Origin: Betaproteobacteria bacterium
GTDB taxonomy: Bacteria; Pseudomonadota; Gammaproteobacteria; Burkholderiales; SG8-39
DNA length: 34,824 bases
NCBI GenBank assembly: GCA_031409355.1
Contig: JANNXB010000427.1
Span: forward strand, 1-34,824
Direction: 5' to 3'
Positions 9,135 to 17,964 of this stretch are shown here, piece by piece; within the stretch, counting starts at the first letter, position 1, and each line of letters opens with the position of its first letter. Both the position numbers and the translations under genes were made by a program. The notes beneath the pieces are model-generated. The model did no database searches. It saw only the letters and a list, made by a program, of their open reading frames with translations, and was not told the DNA's origin.

Positions 9135-10533
9135 AAGCACCGCGCCGCTGACCAGCGAGGTGATCCGCTGCGATGCCTGCCCGGTGCTGTGCCGTATTCG
9201 CAGCGGCCAGAGCGGCGCCTGCGACCGCTACGCCAACCACGAGGGCAAGCTGGTGCGGCTCGATCCCCTGCTGGTACTCGAGCGCGGCGGCAAGGCGGTG
9301 CCGTTCCTCGAAGGCGGCAAGCCTTGGGATGGAGAATTCGTCGCGCCATTCGTCACCGGGATCGGCGCGACGACCACCTATCCCGATTACAAGCCCGCGC
9401 CCTTCATCGTCTCCTCGCAGGTCGAGGGCGTGGACATGGTGACCGTGGTCACCGAGGGCATCTTCAGCTACTGCGGTCTCAAGGTAAAAATCGATACGGA
9501 CCGGTTTCTCGGCCCCGAGCAGGCCGCGGTACGCGTCAACGGCGAGCAGATCGGCCATGTCACCACCGCCGAATACGGCTCGCAGATGCTCTCGCTGGGC
9601 GGCGTGCGGCACCTGACGGGTGGCTCGAAGAAGGAAGGCACCGTCACCTGCGAAGCCATGCTCAAGCTCGCCAACAAGGAAGGAATCGAGGTGCAGGTCG
9701 ACGGCGGCGCCAGGGTGCAGCTGCAGGCCGGCGCCGCGCCGGTGGTGAACGGCGAGCGCGAAGATCGCATGCGGGTCGGTTGCGGTTCCGCCACCATCGG
9801 CATCTTTGCGCAGCAGTGGCGCGGGCATTGCGACGAAGTCATCGTCGTGGACGACCACATTACCGGCGTGCTGACCGAGCACCAGGCCGGGCGCTTCCTC
9901 GAGATGCGCCCGGGCGGCATTCGCGTGCGCGGGCGTAAATCCACGCCGGGACGCTACTTCAAGGTCGCCGAGCCGGGCATGGGCTGGGGCGGCACCAACA
10001 TTGAGGATCCGCTTTCCATCATCGAGAAGATCGATGCGAAGACCGCGTGGCCGGGCATGCGCCTGCTGATGGTGTCCACCACGGGCGAAGACTCGGAGTG
10101 GTTTGTCCTCGACCAGGACCTGAAACCGCAGAAAGCACCGATGCCTCAACCGGTACGCGCGGTAGTGGAGCGCATCGCGGAAAACTGCGAACCCGCGCTG
10201 TGCACGGTACTTTTCATGGGCGGTGCCGGCGGCAGCCTGCGTGCGGGGGTGACCGCGAACCCGGTGCGCCTCACGCGCTCGGTCAAGGACCTGATCACGC
10301 GGGTCACCTGCGGCGGCGCGCCGGTCTACGTCTGGCCGGGCGGCGGCATCACGGTGATGGTGGACGTGCTCGCCATGCCGGACAAATCCTTCGGCTACGT
10401 GCCCACGCCCGCACTGGTGCTGCCGATCGAATTCACCCTGCCGATGGCCCAGTACGCGGCGATGGGCGGTCACATGGATCGCGTGGTCAGCTTGCAACAG
10501 GTCCTGGAGGGCACGCGATGGCGCAGCGCCTGA
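9109..10533 (+). CDS. 6-hydroxynicotinate reductase-like Fe-S protein
   Basis: The N-terminal Cys cluster is CDACPVLCRIRSGQSGAC. Overall length and sequence match my memory of proteobacterial proteins annotated as 6-hydroxynicotinate reductase (Hnr homologues), which usually sit next to a UPF0280 gene. The start is uncertain: ATG 9109 overlaps the upstream gene by 26 nt. Confidence 0.5.
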   Translation: MRDPEDAPESTAPLTSEVIRCDACPVLCRIRSGQSGACDRYANHEGKLVRLDPLLVLERGGKAVPFLEGGKPWDGEFVAPFVTGIGATTTYPDYKPAPFIVSSQVEGVDMVTVVTEGIFSYCGLKVKIDTDRFLGPEQAAVRVNGEQIGHVTTAEYGSQMLSLGGVRHLTGGSKKEGTVTCEAMLKLANKEGIEVQVDGGARVQLQAGAAPVVNGEREDRMRVGCGSATIGIFAQQWRGHCDEVIVVDDHITGVLTEHQAGRFLEMRPGGIRVRGRKSTPGRYFKVAEPGMGWGGTNIEDPLSIIEKIDAKTAWPGMRLLMVSTTGEDSEWFVLDQDLKPQKAPMPQPVRAVVERIAENCEPALCTVLFMGGAGGSLRAGVTANPVRLTRSVKDLITRVTCGGAPVYVWPGGGITVMVDVLAMPDKSFGYVPTPALVLPIEFTLPMAQYAAMGGHMDRVVSLQQVLEGTRWRSA

Positions 10534-11342
10534 GCGATGGCCGGCTGCATTTGCAGCAGGGCCCCATTGACCTGGTGATCCTCGGTTCCGAGGACGAATA
10601 CGCGCGCGCCGCATTGCGCTTTCGCACCGTGCTGGAAGAGCTGGTGGCGGAACTGCCGCTGTTGCGCTCGCCGCTTGGCTCCGCCTATCCCCTGGTGCGC
10701 GGCCGCGTCGCGCGCCGCATGGTTGAGGCCGCGTGGCCGCATCACGCGGTATTCATCACGCCGATGGCGGCGGTGGCAGGCGCGGTAGCCGACGAAATCC
10801 TGGACGCAATGCAACCCTCGGGCAAGGCCTACGTCAACAACGGCGGCGACATTGCTGTTCATCTGCCAGGCGGCGAAAGTTTCGACGCCGGCATCGTCAA
10901 CAATCCCGTGCGGCCGATGGTCGATGCGACGATCCGGCTGGCAGGATCCTGCGGCGTCGCCACTTCCGGCTGGCGTGGGCGCTCGCAGTCCCTTGGCATC
11001 GCAGACGCAGTGACGGTGATCGCGCGCAACGCCGCCGAAGCGGATGCCGCCGCCACGCTCGTCGCCAATGCGGTAAACGCCGAACATCCGGCGATCCGGC
11101 GGCTTGCGGCACGCGCTGTCAAGGAAGACAGCGATCTTGGCGACCTTCCGGTTACGGTGGCCGTAGGCCAGTTGCCCGAGAATACCGTCCGTGCCGCGCT
11201 AGAAGCGGGCGCGGTGGTCGCACGATCGCTGCTTCGGCACAAGCTGATCCTCGCGGCCTACATGGCGTTGCAAAATCAGGTTGTGGCGGTCAGACCTGAA
11301 GTACACTTTCCGTCGTTCAACGCAGTCAATTCACAGGCCTGA
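10518..11342 (+). CDS. UPF0280 family (ApbE-like fold) protein
   Basis: The start is at the internal ATG (MAQRLSDGRLHLQQGPIDLVI), overlapping the upstream stop by 16 nt. The 5' part of the 10047 ORF is shadow sequence. The assignment is from memory of the Hnr-like/UPF0280 gene pair. Confidence 0.45.
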   Translation: MAQRLSDGRLHLQQGPIDLVILGSEDEYARAALRFRTVLEELVAELPLLRSPLGSAYPLVRGRVARRMVEAAWPHHAVFITPMAAVAGAVADEILDAMQPSGKAYVNNGGDIAVHLPGGESFDAGIVNNPVRPMVDATIRLAGSCGVATSGWRGRSQSLGIADAVTVIARNAAEADAAATLVANAVNAEHPAIRRLAARAVKEDSDLGDLPVTVAVGQLPENTVRAALEAGAVVARSLLRHKLILAAYMALQNQVVAVRPEVHFPSFNAVNSQA

Positions 11343-11356
11343 TCCAGGGAGACGCA

Positions 11357-12544
11357 ATGAAGCTCAAACTCGCATTGGGGATCGCCGCCGCGGCGTTCGC
11401 CACGTTCGGCGCGCAGGCGCAGACCATCAAGATCGGTGAACTGAACAGCTACAAGATGTTTCCCGCCTTTCTCGATCCATACAAAAAAGGCTGGGAGCTG
11501 GCGCTCGAAGAGATAAACAAGGCGGGCGGCATCAATGGCCGCAAGCTGGAGGTGGTGTCGCGCGATGACAACGGCAACCCGGGCGACGCGGTGCGCGTCG
11601 CCGAGGAGCTGCTGTCGCGCGAGAACGCGAGCCTGCTGATGGGCACTTTTGCCTCGCACATCGGCCTGGCGGTCGCCAACCTCGCCAACCAGAGGAAAGT
11701 CGTGTTCGTCGCCGCCGAGCCGCTCACGGACAAGATCGTGTGGGAGAACGGCAACCGCTACACCTTCCGCCTGCGCCCTTCGACCTACATGCAGGTGGCG
11801 ATGCTGGTGCCGGAGGCCGCCAAGCTCAAGAAGCAACGCTGGGCCATCGTCTACCCGAATTACGAGTACGGACAGTCCGCCACCGCGTCGTTCAAGAAAC
11901 TGCTCTCCAAAGCGCAACCGGGAGCGCAGTTCGTCGCCGAGCAGGCGCCGCCCCTGGGCAAGATTGAAGCCGGTGCAGTGGTGCAGGCACTGATCGATGC
12001 CAAGCCAGATGCAATCTTCAGTTCGCTGTTCGGCGCCGACCTGCAGAAATTCGTGCGCGAAGGCAATACGCGCGGATTGTTCAAGAACGTCGCGGTGTTC
12101 AACCTGCTCGCGGGCGAGCCCGAGTACCTCGATCCCCTCAAGGACGAGACGCCCGAGGGCTGGTGGGTGACCGGCTATCCCTGGAACGAGATCAAGACCC
12201 CCGCGCACCAGAAATTTCTAGCCGCCTACCAGGCCAAATGGAAGGACTACCCCCGCCTCGGTTCGGTGGTCGGCTACTCCACCATGTATACGGTGGCCAA
12301 CGGTATCCGCAAGGCCGGCGGCGCCGATACGGAGAAGCTGATCGCGGCGCTCAAGGGCCTGGAGATGGACACGCCGATCGGGCCAATCGTGTACCGTGCC
12401 CTGGACCATCAGTCCACGATGGGGGCCTACGTCGGCCAGCTGGCCAAGAAAAATGGCGTCGGCGTAATGGTCAACTGGCGCTTCGCCGACGGCGCCAATT
12501 TCCTGCCGCCGTTCGAGGAAGTACGGGCAATCAGAAAAGATTAA
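11357..12544 (+). CDS. ABC transporter substrate-binding protein, Leu/Ile/Val-binding (LivJ/type I periplasmic binding) family
   Basis: Signal peptide MKLKLALGIAAAAFATFGAQA. IKIGELNS..., VVSRDDNGNPGDAV and a size of about 395 aa are typical of the family. GGGAGA lies upstream of the ATG. Confidence 0.8.
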   Translation: MKLKLALGIAAAAFATFGAQAQTIKIGELNSYKMFPAFLDPYKKGWELALEEINKAGGINGRKLEVVSRDDNGNPGDAVRVAEELLSRENASLLMGTFASHIGLAVANLANQRKVVFVAAEPLTDKIVWENGNRYTFRLRPSTYMQVAMLVPEAAKLKKQRWAIVYPNYEYGQSATASFKKLLSKAQPGAQFVAEQAPPLGKIEAGAVVQALIDAKPDAIFSSLFGADLQKFVREGNTRGLFKNVAVFNLLAGEPEYLDPLKDETPEGWWVTGYPWNEIKTPAHQKFLAAYQAKWKDYPRLGSVVGYSTMYTVANGIRKAGGADTEKLIAALKGLEMDTPIGPIVYRALDHQSTMGAYVGQLAKKNGVGVMVNWRFADGANFLPPFEEVRAIRKD

Positions 12545-12595
12545 ATTAATCAGTGAGTTTTAGCTCACTTCTAATCCAGTTTCTTAATGGATTAG
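12539..12595 (+). promoter_or_regulatory. AT-rich cluster of three perfect inverted repeats spanning the binding-protein stop and the permease start
   Basis: GATTAA-A-TTAATC (12539-12551, contains the TAA stop). GTGAG-TTTTAG-CTCAC (12553-12568, begins with the GTG start). CTAATCC-N11-GGATTAG (12571-12595). The flanks are strongly GC-rich. Confidence 0.4.
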
Positions 12596-14433
12596 CCAGC
12601 GCCTCCTCGCTGTTCCTGGTGGCCGCGGGGCTGTCGTTGATATTCGGCGTGACGCGCATCGTCAATTTTGCGCACGGATCGCTGTTCATGCTGGGGATGT
12701 ACCTGGCGGTGGCGCTCGCGCCGCATCTCGGCTTCTGGCTCAGTGTTCCGCTCGCCGCGCTGGCGGTAGCCGTTCTCGGCGTGCTGGTGGAAGCCGGGCT
12801 GCTGCGCCGGCTCTACAGCGCACCCGAACTGCTGCAGTTGCTGGCTACCTTCGCGCTCGTTCTGATCATCAAGGATTTCACGCTCTGGGCCTGGGGACCC
12901 GAAGACATCCTCGGACCAAGGGCGCCCGGGCTGGCCGGAGCTGTAAGCATTGCCGGCCAGCGCTTCCCCGAGTACGACTTGTTCCTCATCGCCTTCGGAC
13001 CGGCGGTGCTCGGCGTGCTGTGGTTCCTGCTTACGCGCACCCGCTGGGGCACCCTGGTGCGGGCCGCCACGGAGGATCGCGAGATGGCCGGCGCGCTGGG
13101 CGTGAACCAGCAATGGCTGTTCACCGGGGTGTTCGCGCTGGGGTCGCTCCTGGCCGGGCTCGGCGGATCGGTGCAGATCCCGCGCGAGCCGGCGAACCTG
13201 TTCATGGACCTGTCGGTGATCTCCGATGCGTTCGTCGTCGTGGTCGTCGGGGGCCTCGGCTCGATCGGCGGGGCGTTCCTCGCCGCGCTGCTGATCGCGG
13301 AGATCAAGGCGTTCTGCATCGGCATCGGCGACGTGACCTGGCTCGGCCATGTGTTCTCGTTCTCCAAGCTAACGCTGGTGGTGGAATTCATCGTCATGGC
13401 GGTGGTGCTGGTCATCCGGCCCTGGGGATTGCTCGGCAGGCCGCAGTCGTTGCCGCGCAATTCCGGCGCGGCTGAGGCGCCGCTTGCCCTGCCCTCGCCA
13501 GCCGCGGTCCGTGCGCTCGTGGCGATGCTGGCCGGCCTGGCCCTGGTGCCGGCGTTCTTCTCGGGCTACGCGCTGGTGCTGCTGATCGACATCATGGTGT
13601 TCGCGCTGTTCTCGGTAAGTCTGTACTTCATCATGGGTCCCGGCGGGATGCATTCCTTCGGGCATGCAGCCTACTTCGGGTTGGGCGCGTACGGCGCCGG
13701 GCTCATCGTGAAGAGCGGCGCTGCCATGGAAATCGGCCTGCTGGGCGGGCCGCTGCTCGCGGGGGTCGGTGCACTGGTGTTCGGTTGGTTCTGCGTGCGG
13801 CTCTCCGGGGTCTACCTGGCGATGCTCACGTTGGCGTTTGCGCAGATCGCCTGGTCCATCATGTTCCAGTGGGATGCGGTCACAGGCGGCTCCAACGGTC
13901 TCATTGGTATCTGGCCCGCGCCCTGGCTCGCTTCCAAGACGGCCTATTACTACCTGTCCCTGGCCGGTTGCGCCACGGGCATCCTCGCGCTGTGGCGCAT
14001 CCTGTACGCCCCGTTCGGCTACGCATTGCGCGCCGGGCGCGACTCCCCGCTGCGCGCCGATGCGATCGGCATCGACGTCCGCACGCGCCAGTGGGCCGCA
14101 TTCGCCATCGCGGGCCTCGCGGCGGGCGTCGCCGGTTCACTCTCCGCCTTTTCCAAGGGATCCATCTCGCCCGAATCCATGGCCGTTCCCCGTTCCGTCG
14201 ACGGCCTCGTGATGGTGCTGCTCGGCGGGATGCAGAACCTCACCGGGCCGGTCTGGGGGGCGGCGATCTTCACTTGGCTCCAGGACGCCATCGCGCGCGA
14301 AATCGACTACTGGCGCGCCGTGCTCGGGGGGGTGATCCTCGCGCTGGTGCTCGTGTTCCCGCAGGGTGTCGCCGGATACGTCGGCGGCCTGTTCGAATCG
14401 CGCCGGGCGAAGGCTGGGGCGGCCGCGCCATGA
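12553..14433 (+). CDS. branched-chain-amino-acid-type ABC transporter permease, fused LivH-like plus LivM-like halves
   Basis: 626 aa. The N-terminus LIQFLNGLASASSLFLVAAGLSLIFGV is the LivH signature start. The second half (about aa 310 onward) has the LivM-like pattern (GHAAYFGLGAYG, SNGL). It is highly hydrophobic throughout. GTG start with no obvious SD. Confidence 0.8.
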   Translation: MSFSSLLIQFLNGLASASSLFLVAAGLSLIFGVTRIVNFAHGSLFMLGMYLAVALAPHLGFWLSVPLAALAVAVLGVLVEAGLLRRLYSAPELLQLLATFALVLIIKDFTLWAWGPEDILGPRAPGLAGAVSIAGQRFPEYDLFLIAFGPAVLGVLWFLLTRTRWGTLVRAATEDREMAGALGVNQQWLFTGVFALGSLLAGLGGSVQIPREPANLFMDLSVISDAFVVVVVGGLGSIGGAFLAALLIAEIKAFCIGIGDVTWLGHVFSFSKLTLVVEFIVMAVVLVIRPWGLLGRPQSLPRNSGAAEAPLALPSPAAVRALVAMLAGLALVPAFFSGYALVLLIDIMVFALFSVSLYFIMGPGGMHSFGHAAYFGLGAYGAGLIVKSGAAMEIGLLGGPLLAGVGALVFGWFCVRLSGVYLAMLTLAFAQIAWSIMFQWDAVTGGSNGLIGIWPAPWLASKTAYYYLSLAGCATGILALWRILYAPFGYALRAGRDSPLRADAIGIDVRTRQWAAFAIAGLAAGVAGSLSAFSKGSISPESMAVPRSVDGLVMVLLGGMQNLTGPVWGAAIFTWLQDAIAREIDYWRAVLGGVILALVLVFPQGVAGYVGGLFESRRAKAGAAAP

Positions 14434-15194
14434 GCGTCCTCCAGATCCGCAATCTCTCGAAAGCCTACGGCGGCGTGCAGGCCGTCTCCAACGTTTCGTT
14501 CAGTGTAGCCGCGGGGGAACTGCTGGCGCTCATTGGACCCAACGGCGCCGGCAAGACCACTTGCTTCAACATGCTGAACGGCCAGATCGCCGCCGACGCC
14601 GGCACGGTCGAGTTCGAAGGCCGCAACCTCGCCGGGATGAAACCGCGTGAGATCTGGCGCCTTGGTGTGGGCCGCACGTTCCAGATCACAGCCACTTTCG
14701 CCTCGATGACCGTGCGTGAGAACGTACAGATGGCCCTGCTCTCTCACCACAAGCGCCTGGGCTCGTTCGCGTCCATCGCGACGCGGGCCTGCGTCGCCGA
14801 AGCCGATGCGCTGCTCGAGCGGGTCGGCATGCTCGCGCAGGCCGGGCGCAGCTGCGCCGTGCTGGCCTACGGCGACCTCAAGCGGATCGAACTCGCCGTG
14901 GCGCTCGCGAACGAACCTCGCCTGTTGCTGATGGACGAGCCGACCGCCGGCATGGCGCCGCGCGAGCGCAACGCCCTCATGCAGCTCGCTGCCGACCTCG
15001 CGCGGGATTCCAACATCGCGGTGCTGTTCACCGAGCACGACATGGACGTCGTATTCGCGCACGCCGACCGGATCATCGTATTGGCGGGCGGCGAACTGAT
15101 CGCAGAAGGCAGGCCGGACGAAGTGCGCGCGCATCCCAAGGTGCGCGAGGTGTATCTCGGCACCGGGTCCACGTTCGGAGCCGCCCATGCTTGA
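14430..15194 (+). CDS. ABC transporter ATP-binding protein (LivG-like)
   Basis: Walker A GPNGAGKTT, LMDEPTAGM Walker B. ATGA overlap with the permease stop. The upstream part of the 13785 ORF is an alternative-frame shadow of the permease. Confidence 0.85.
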   Translation: MSVLQIRNLSKAYGGVQAVSNVSFSVAAGELLALIGPNGAGKTTCFNMLNGQIAADAGTVEFEGRNLAGMKPREIWRLGVGRTFQITATFASMTVRENVQMALLSHHKRLGSFASIATRACVAEADALLERVGMLAQAGRSCAVLAYGDLKRIELAVALANEPRLLLMDEPTAGMAPRERNALMQLAADLARDSNIAVLFTEHDMDVVFAHADRIIVLAGGELIAEGRPDEVRAHPKVREVYLGTGSTFGAAHA

Positions 15195-15888
15195 GGTGCG
15201 GGGGCTCAACACGGCCTACGGGCAGGCGCAAATCCTGTTCGACGTTACCCTTGAAGCGGGTCCCGGCGAAGTCGTGGTGCTGCTCGGCCGCAATGGCGCC
15301 GGCAAGTCGACCACACTCAAATCCATGATCGGCCTGGTGCAGCCGCTATCGGGGGAGATTGAATTCGCCGGCCGGCGCATCGACCGCCTGCAGCCCTACC
15401 AGATCGCACGCCTGGGCCTGGGCTACGTGCCGGAGGACCGGCGCATCTTTGCCGACCTGAGCGTGATGGAAAACCTCGAGGTCGGCCGCCAGCCGCGCCG
15501 CGAAGGCGCGGCGTACTGGACCCCGGCGCGATTGTTCGAGCTCTTCCCCAACCTTGGCCGCATGCAGGATCGTGGCGGCGGGCGCATGTCGGGCGGCGAA
15601 CAGCAGATGCTCACCATCGCCCGCACGCTGATGGGCAATCCGTCTACCGTACTGCTCGACGAGCCCTCCGAGGGCCTCTCGCCGCTGATCGTCGAGCAGA
15701 TGGCGGCCACGATCCGCGACCTGAAGCGCGAGGGGCTGTGCGTCCTGCTCTCCGAGCAGAACCTGCATTTCGCCCAGCTGGTGGCCGACCGTGCCTACAT
15801 CATCGAGACAGGCCAGATCCGCTACAGCGGAACCATGGCCGAACTGGGCGCCGACGCCGCGGTCCGCGAGCAATACCTGTCCGTATGA
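15187..15888 (+). CDS. ABC transporter ATP-binding protein (LivF-like)
   Basis: Walker A GRNGAGKST, signature SGGEQQML, Walker B LLDEPSEGL. It overlaps the upstream gene by 8 nt. Confidence 0.85.
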   Translation: MLEVRGLNTAYGQAQILFDVTLEAGPGEVVVLLGRNGAGKSTTLKSMIGLVQPLSGEIEFAGRRIDRLQPYQIARLGLGYVPEDRRIFADLSVMENLEVGRQPRREGAAYWTPARLFELFPNLGRMQDRGGGRMSGGEQQMLTIARTLMGNPSTVLLDEPSEGLSPLIVEQMAATIRDLKREGLCVLLSEQNLHFAQLVADRAYIIETGQIRYSGTMAELGADAAVREQYLSV

Positions 15889-15912
15889 AAATCAGCGCAT
15901 GAGGCACGCCCG

Positions 15913-17964
15913 ATGAATGCCGCACAGCACCCGGTCTGGATTGCCGGCATCGACGTGGGCGGGACCTTCACCGACCTGATCGCGATCGACACCGCGACCG
16001 GGGCAGTGCGCCTGGCAAAGGTGCCCACCACGCCGCAGAACCAGGCATTCGGGGTGCTCGCCGCGATCGAATCGGCGGGCCTGGACCTGGCCGAACTCGC
16101 GTTGATCGTGCACGGCACCACCACCACCACGAACGCGGTGCTGGAGCGCAAGCTGGCCAGGACCGGCCTCGTCACAACCAAGGGTTTTCGCGACGTGCTG
16201 GAACTCGGCCGCCGCACCCGGCCGAACTCGTATGGCCTCACGGGCTGGTTCGAGCCCCTCGTGCCCCGCGAATTGCGGCTCGAAGTCGCCGAACGCGTAG
16301 ACGCCGACGGCAACGTGGTGACTGCGCTCGACGAAGCCGCCGTGCGGCGCACCGTGCAGCAGCTGAAAGAGGCCGGGTGCGAATCGCTCGTGATCCATTT
16401 CCTGCACAGCTATATCAACCCCTCCCACGAAGCGAGGGCGCTCGCCATCGCGAGGGAGATCTGGCCGAACCGGTACGTGACCGCGGGCCACCTGATCCTG
16501 TCCGAATACCGCGAATACGAAAGGGGCGTGACCGCCGCGGTCAACGCCTCGGTCCAGCCCATCCTCGACCGCTACATCCGGCGCCTGGTGGACGAGCTCA
16601 AGGCGCGCGGCTTTGCCCGCGACCTCCTCGTGATGCAAGGCAACGGCGGCACGGTAGCCGCCGCGCTGGTCGCCGAGACGGCGGTGAACACCGTCATGTC
16701 CGGCCCGGCCTCGGGCATCATCGCCGCCGCGTATTCCGCCACCGCCTCCGGTGTCGCCAGCGTGATCACCTATGACATGGGCGGCACCTCCACCGACGTG
16801 GGGCTCATCAAGGACGGCGTGCCCACGGTCTCGGCAGAGCTCGAGATCGAATACGCCATGCCGATCCACGTGCCCATGGTGGACGTGCACACCATCGGCG
16901 CGGGCGGTGGCTCGATCGCTTTCCTGTCGGAGGCCGGCATGCTGCAGGTCGGCCCGAGGAGCGCAGGCGCCCTGCCGGGTCCGGTCTGCTACGGACGCGG
17001 CGGCACCGAGCCGACGATCACGGACGCCAACCTGCTGCTCGGCCGCCTCAACCCGGACAAGCTCCTCGGCGTGGACAGCCCAGTAAGCCTCGAGCACATC
17101 CGCACGATCTTCGAGGCGCGAATCGGAAAGCCCCTCGGCCTGGACGCGATCGACGCGGCGGCCGCGATCATCCGCATCGCCAACGACAAGATGGCCGGCG
17201 CGATTCGCATGGTGTCCCTTGCCAAGGGCCATGACCCGAGGGATTTCGCGCTCTTCCCGTTCGGCGGCGCGGGTCCGCTGCATGCCGCCGCCCTGGCCAA
17301 GGAGCTGGGCATCCCGCGACTCCTGATCCCGATGCGCCCCGGCATCACCAACGCGCTGGGCTGCGCCGCAGCGGACCTGCGCCACGACTACGTCAACACC
17401 GTGAACAAACCCCTGCCATCGCTCGATGAGTCGCTGGTGAAGCGCACGCTGGAGGCGCAGATCACCGAGGGCCGAGCGACGCTCGCGCGCGAAGGCGTGG
17501 CCATCGAGGGCGTGAAGCTGCTGCATTTCGCCGACATGCAGTTCCAGGGCCAGAGCCACATCCTGACCGTGACCCTGCCCGACACCGAAGTATCGCGCGA
17601 GCAACTGCAGAAGCGCTTCGACGCCGCCTACTGGGAGCGGTTCGGGGTCGAACTGCCCGAGATACGGGCCGTGCTCGTCAACCTGCATACCGCGGTGATC
17701 GGACTCAGGAAGCGCTTCGACCTCGCCGTGCTGGGCCGCAGCGACCGGGCCGGCGTCCTGGACGGCGCGAAGAACGGCGCACGCCAGGTGTGGTTCGACG
17801 GCGGCTTTCGCGCCACGCCCGTCTACCAGCGCGAAAAGCTGCCCGCCGATGCGCGATTCGATGGCCCCGCGATCATCGAGCAACTCGATTGCACCACGGT
17901 CATCGAACCCGGCAACAAGGTCCGGGTCGATGCGCTCGGAAATTTGCTTGTGGAGATCGCATGA
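15913..17964 (+). CDS. hyuA: hydantoinase/oxoprolinase family protein, A (HyuA-like) subunit
   Basis: IAGIDVGGTFTDL, HGTTTTTNAVLERK, DMGGTSTDV and GAGGGSIA are the hydantoinase A / acetone-carboxylase-beta ATPase-fold motifs. GAGG lies 9 nt upstream of the ATG. Confidence 0.85.
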   Translation: MNAAQHPVWIAGIDVGGTFTDLIAIDTATGAVRLAKVPTTPQNQAFGVLAAIESAGLDLAELALIVHGTTTTTNAVLERKLARTGLVTTKGFRDVLELGRRTRPNSYGLTGWFEPLVPRELRLEVAERVDADGNVVTALDEAAVRRTVQQLKEAGCESLVIHFLHSYINPSHEARALAIAREIWPNRYVTAGHLILSEYREYERGVTAAVNASVQPILDRYIRRLVDELKARGFARDLLVMQGNGGTVAAALVAETAVNTVMSGPASGIIAAAYSATASGVASVITYDMGGTSTDVGLIKDGVPTVSAELEIEYAMPIHVPMVDVHTIGAGGGSIAFLSEAGMLQVGPRSAGALPGPVCYGRGGTEPTITDANLLLGRLNPDKLLGVDSPVSLEHIRTIFEARIGKPLGLDAIDAAAAIIRIANDKMAGAIRMVSLAKGHDPRDFALFPFGGAGPLHAAALAKELGIPRLLIPMRPGITNALGCAAADLRHDYVNTVNKPLPSLDESLVKRTLEAQITEGRATLAREGVAIEGVKLLHFADMQFQGQSHILTVTLPDTEVSREQLQKRFDAAYWERFGVELPEIRAVLVNLHTAVIGLRKRFDLAVLGRSDRAGVLDGAKNGARQVWFDGGFRATPVYQREKLPADARFDGPAIIEQLDCTTVIEPGNKVRVDALGNLLVEIA

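Noticed and set aside
8794-10614. 606-aa minus-strand ORF. Similar long antisense ORFs occur at 15892..17883 (-), 24978..27044 (-), 18196..19842 (+), 29962..31215 (+), 6774..8087 (-) and 19803..20930 (-).
   Set aside because: These are shadow ORFs typical of high-GC DNA. They are extremely Arg/Gly/Pro/Ala/His-rich with no recognisable motifs. Each lies exactly antisense to, or out of frame with, a gene carrying strong family motifs and correct GC3 bias.
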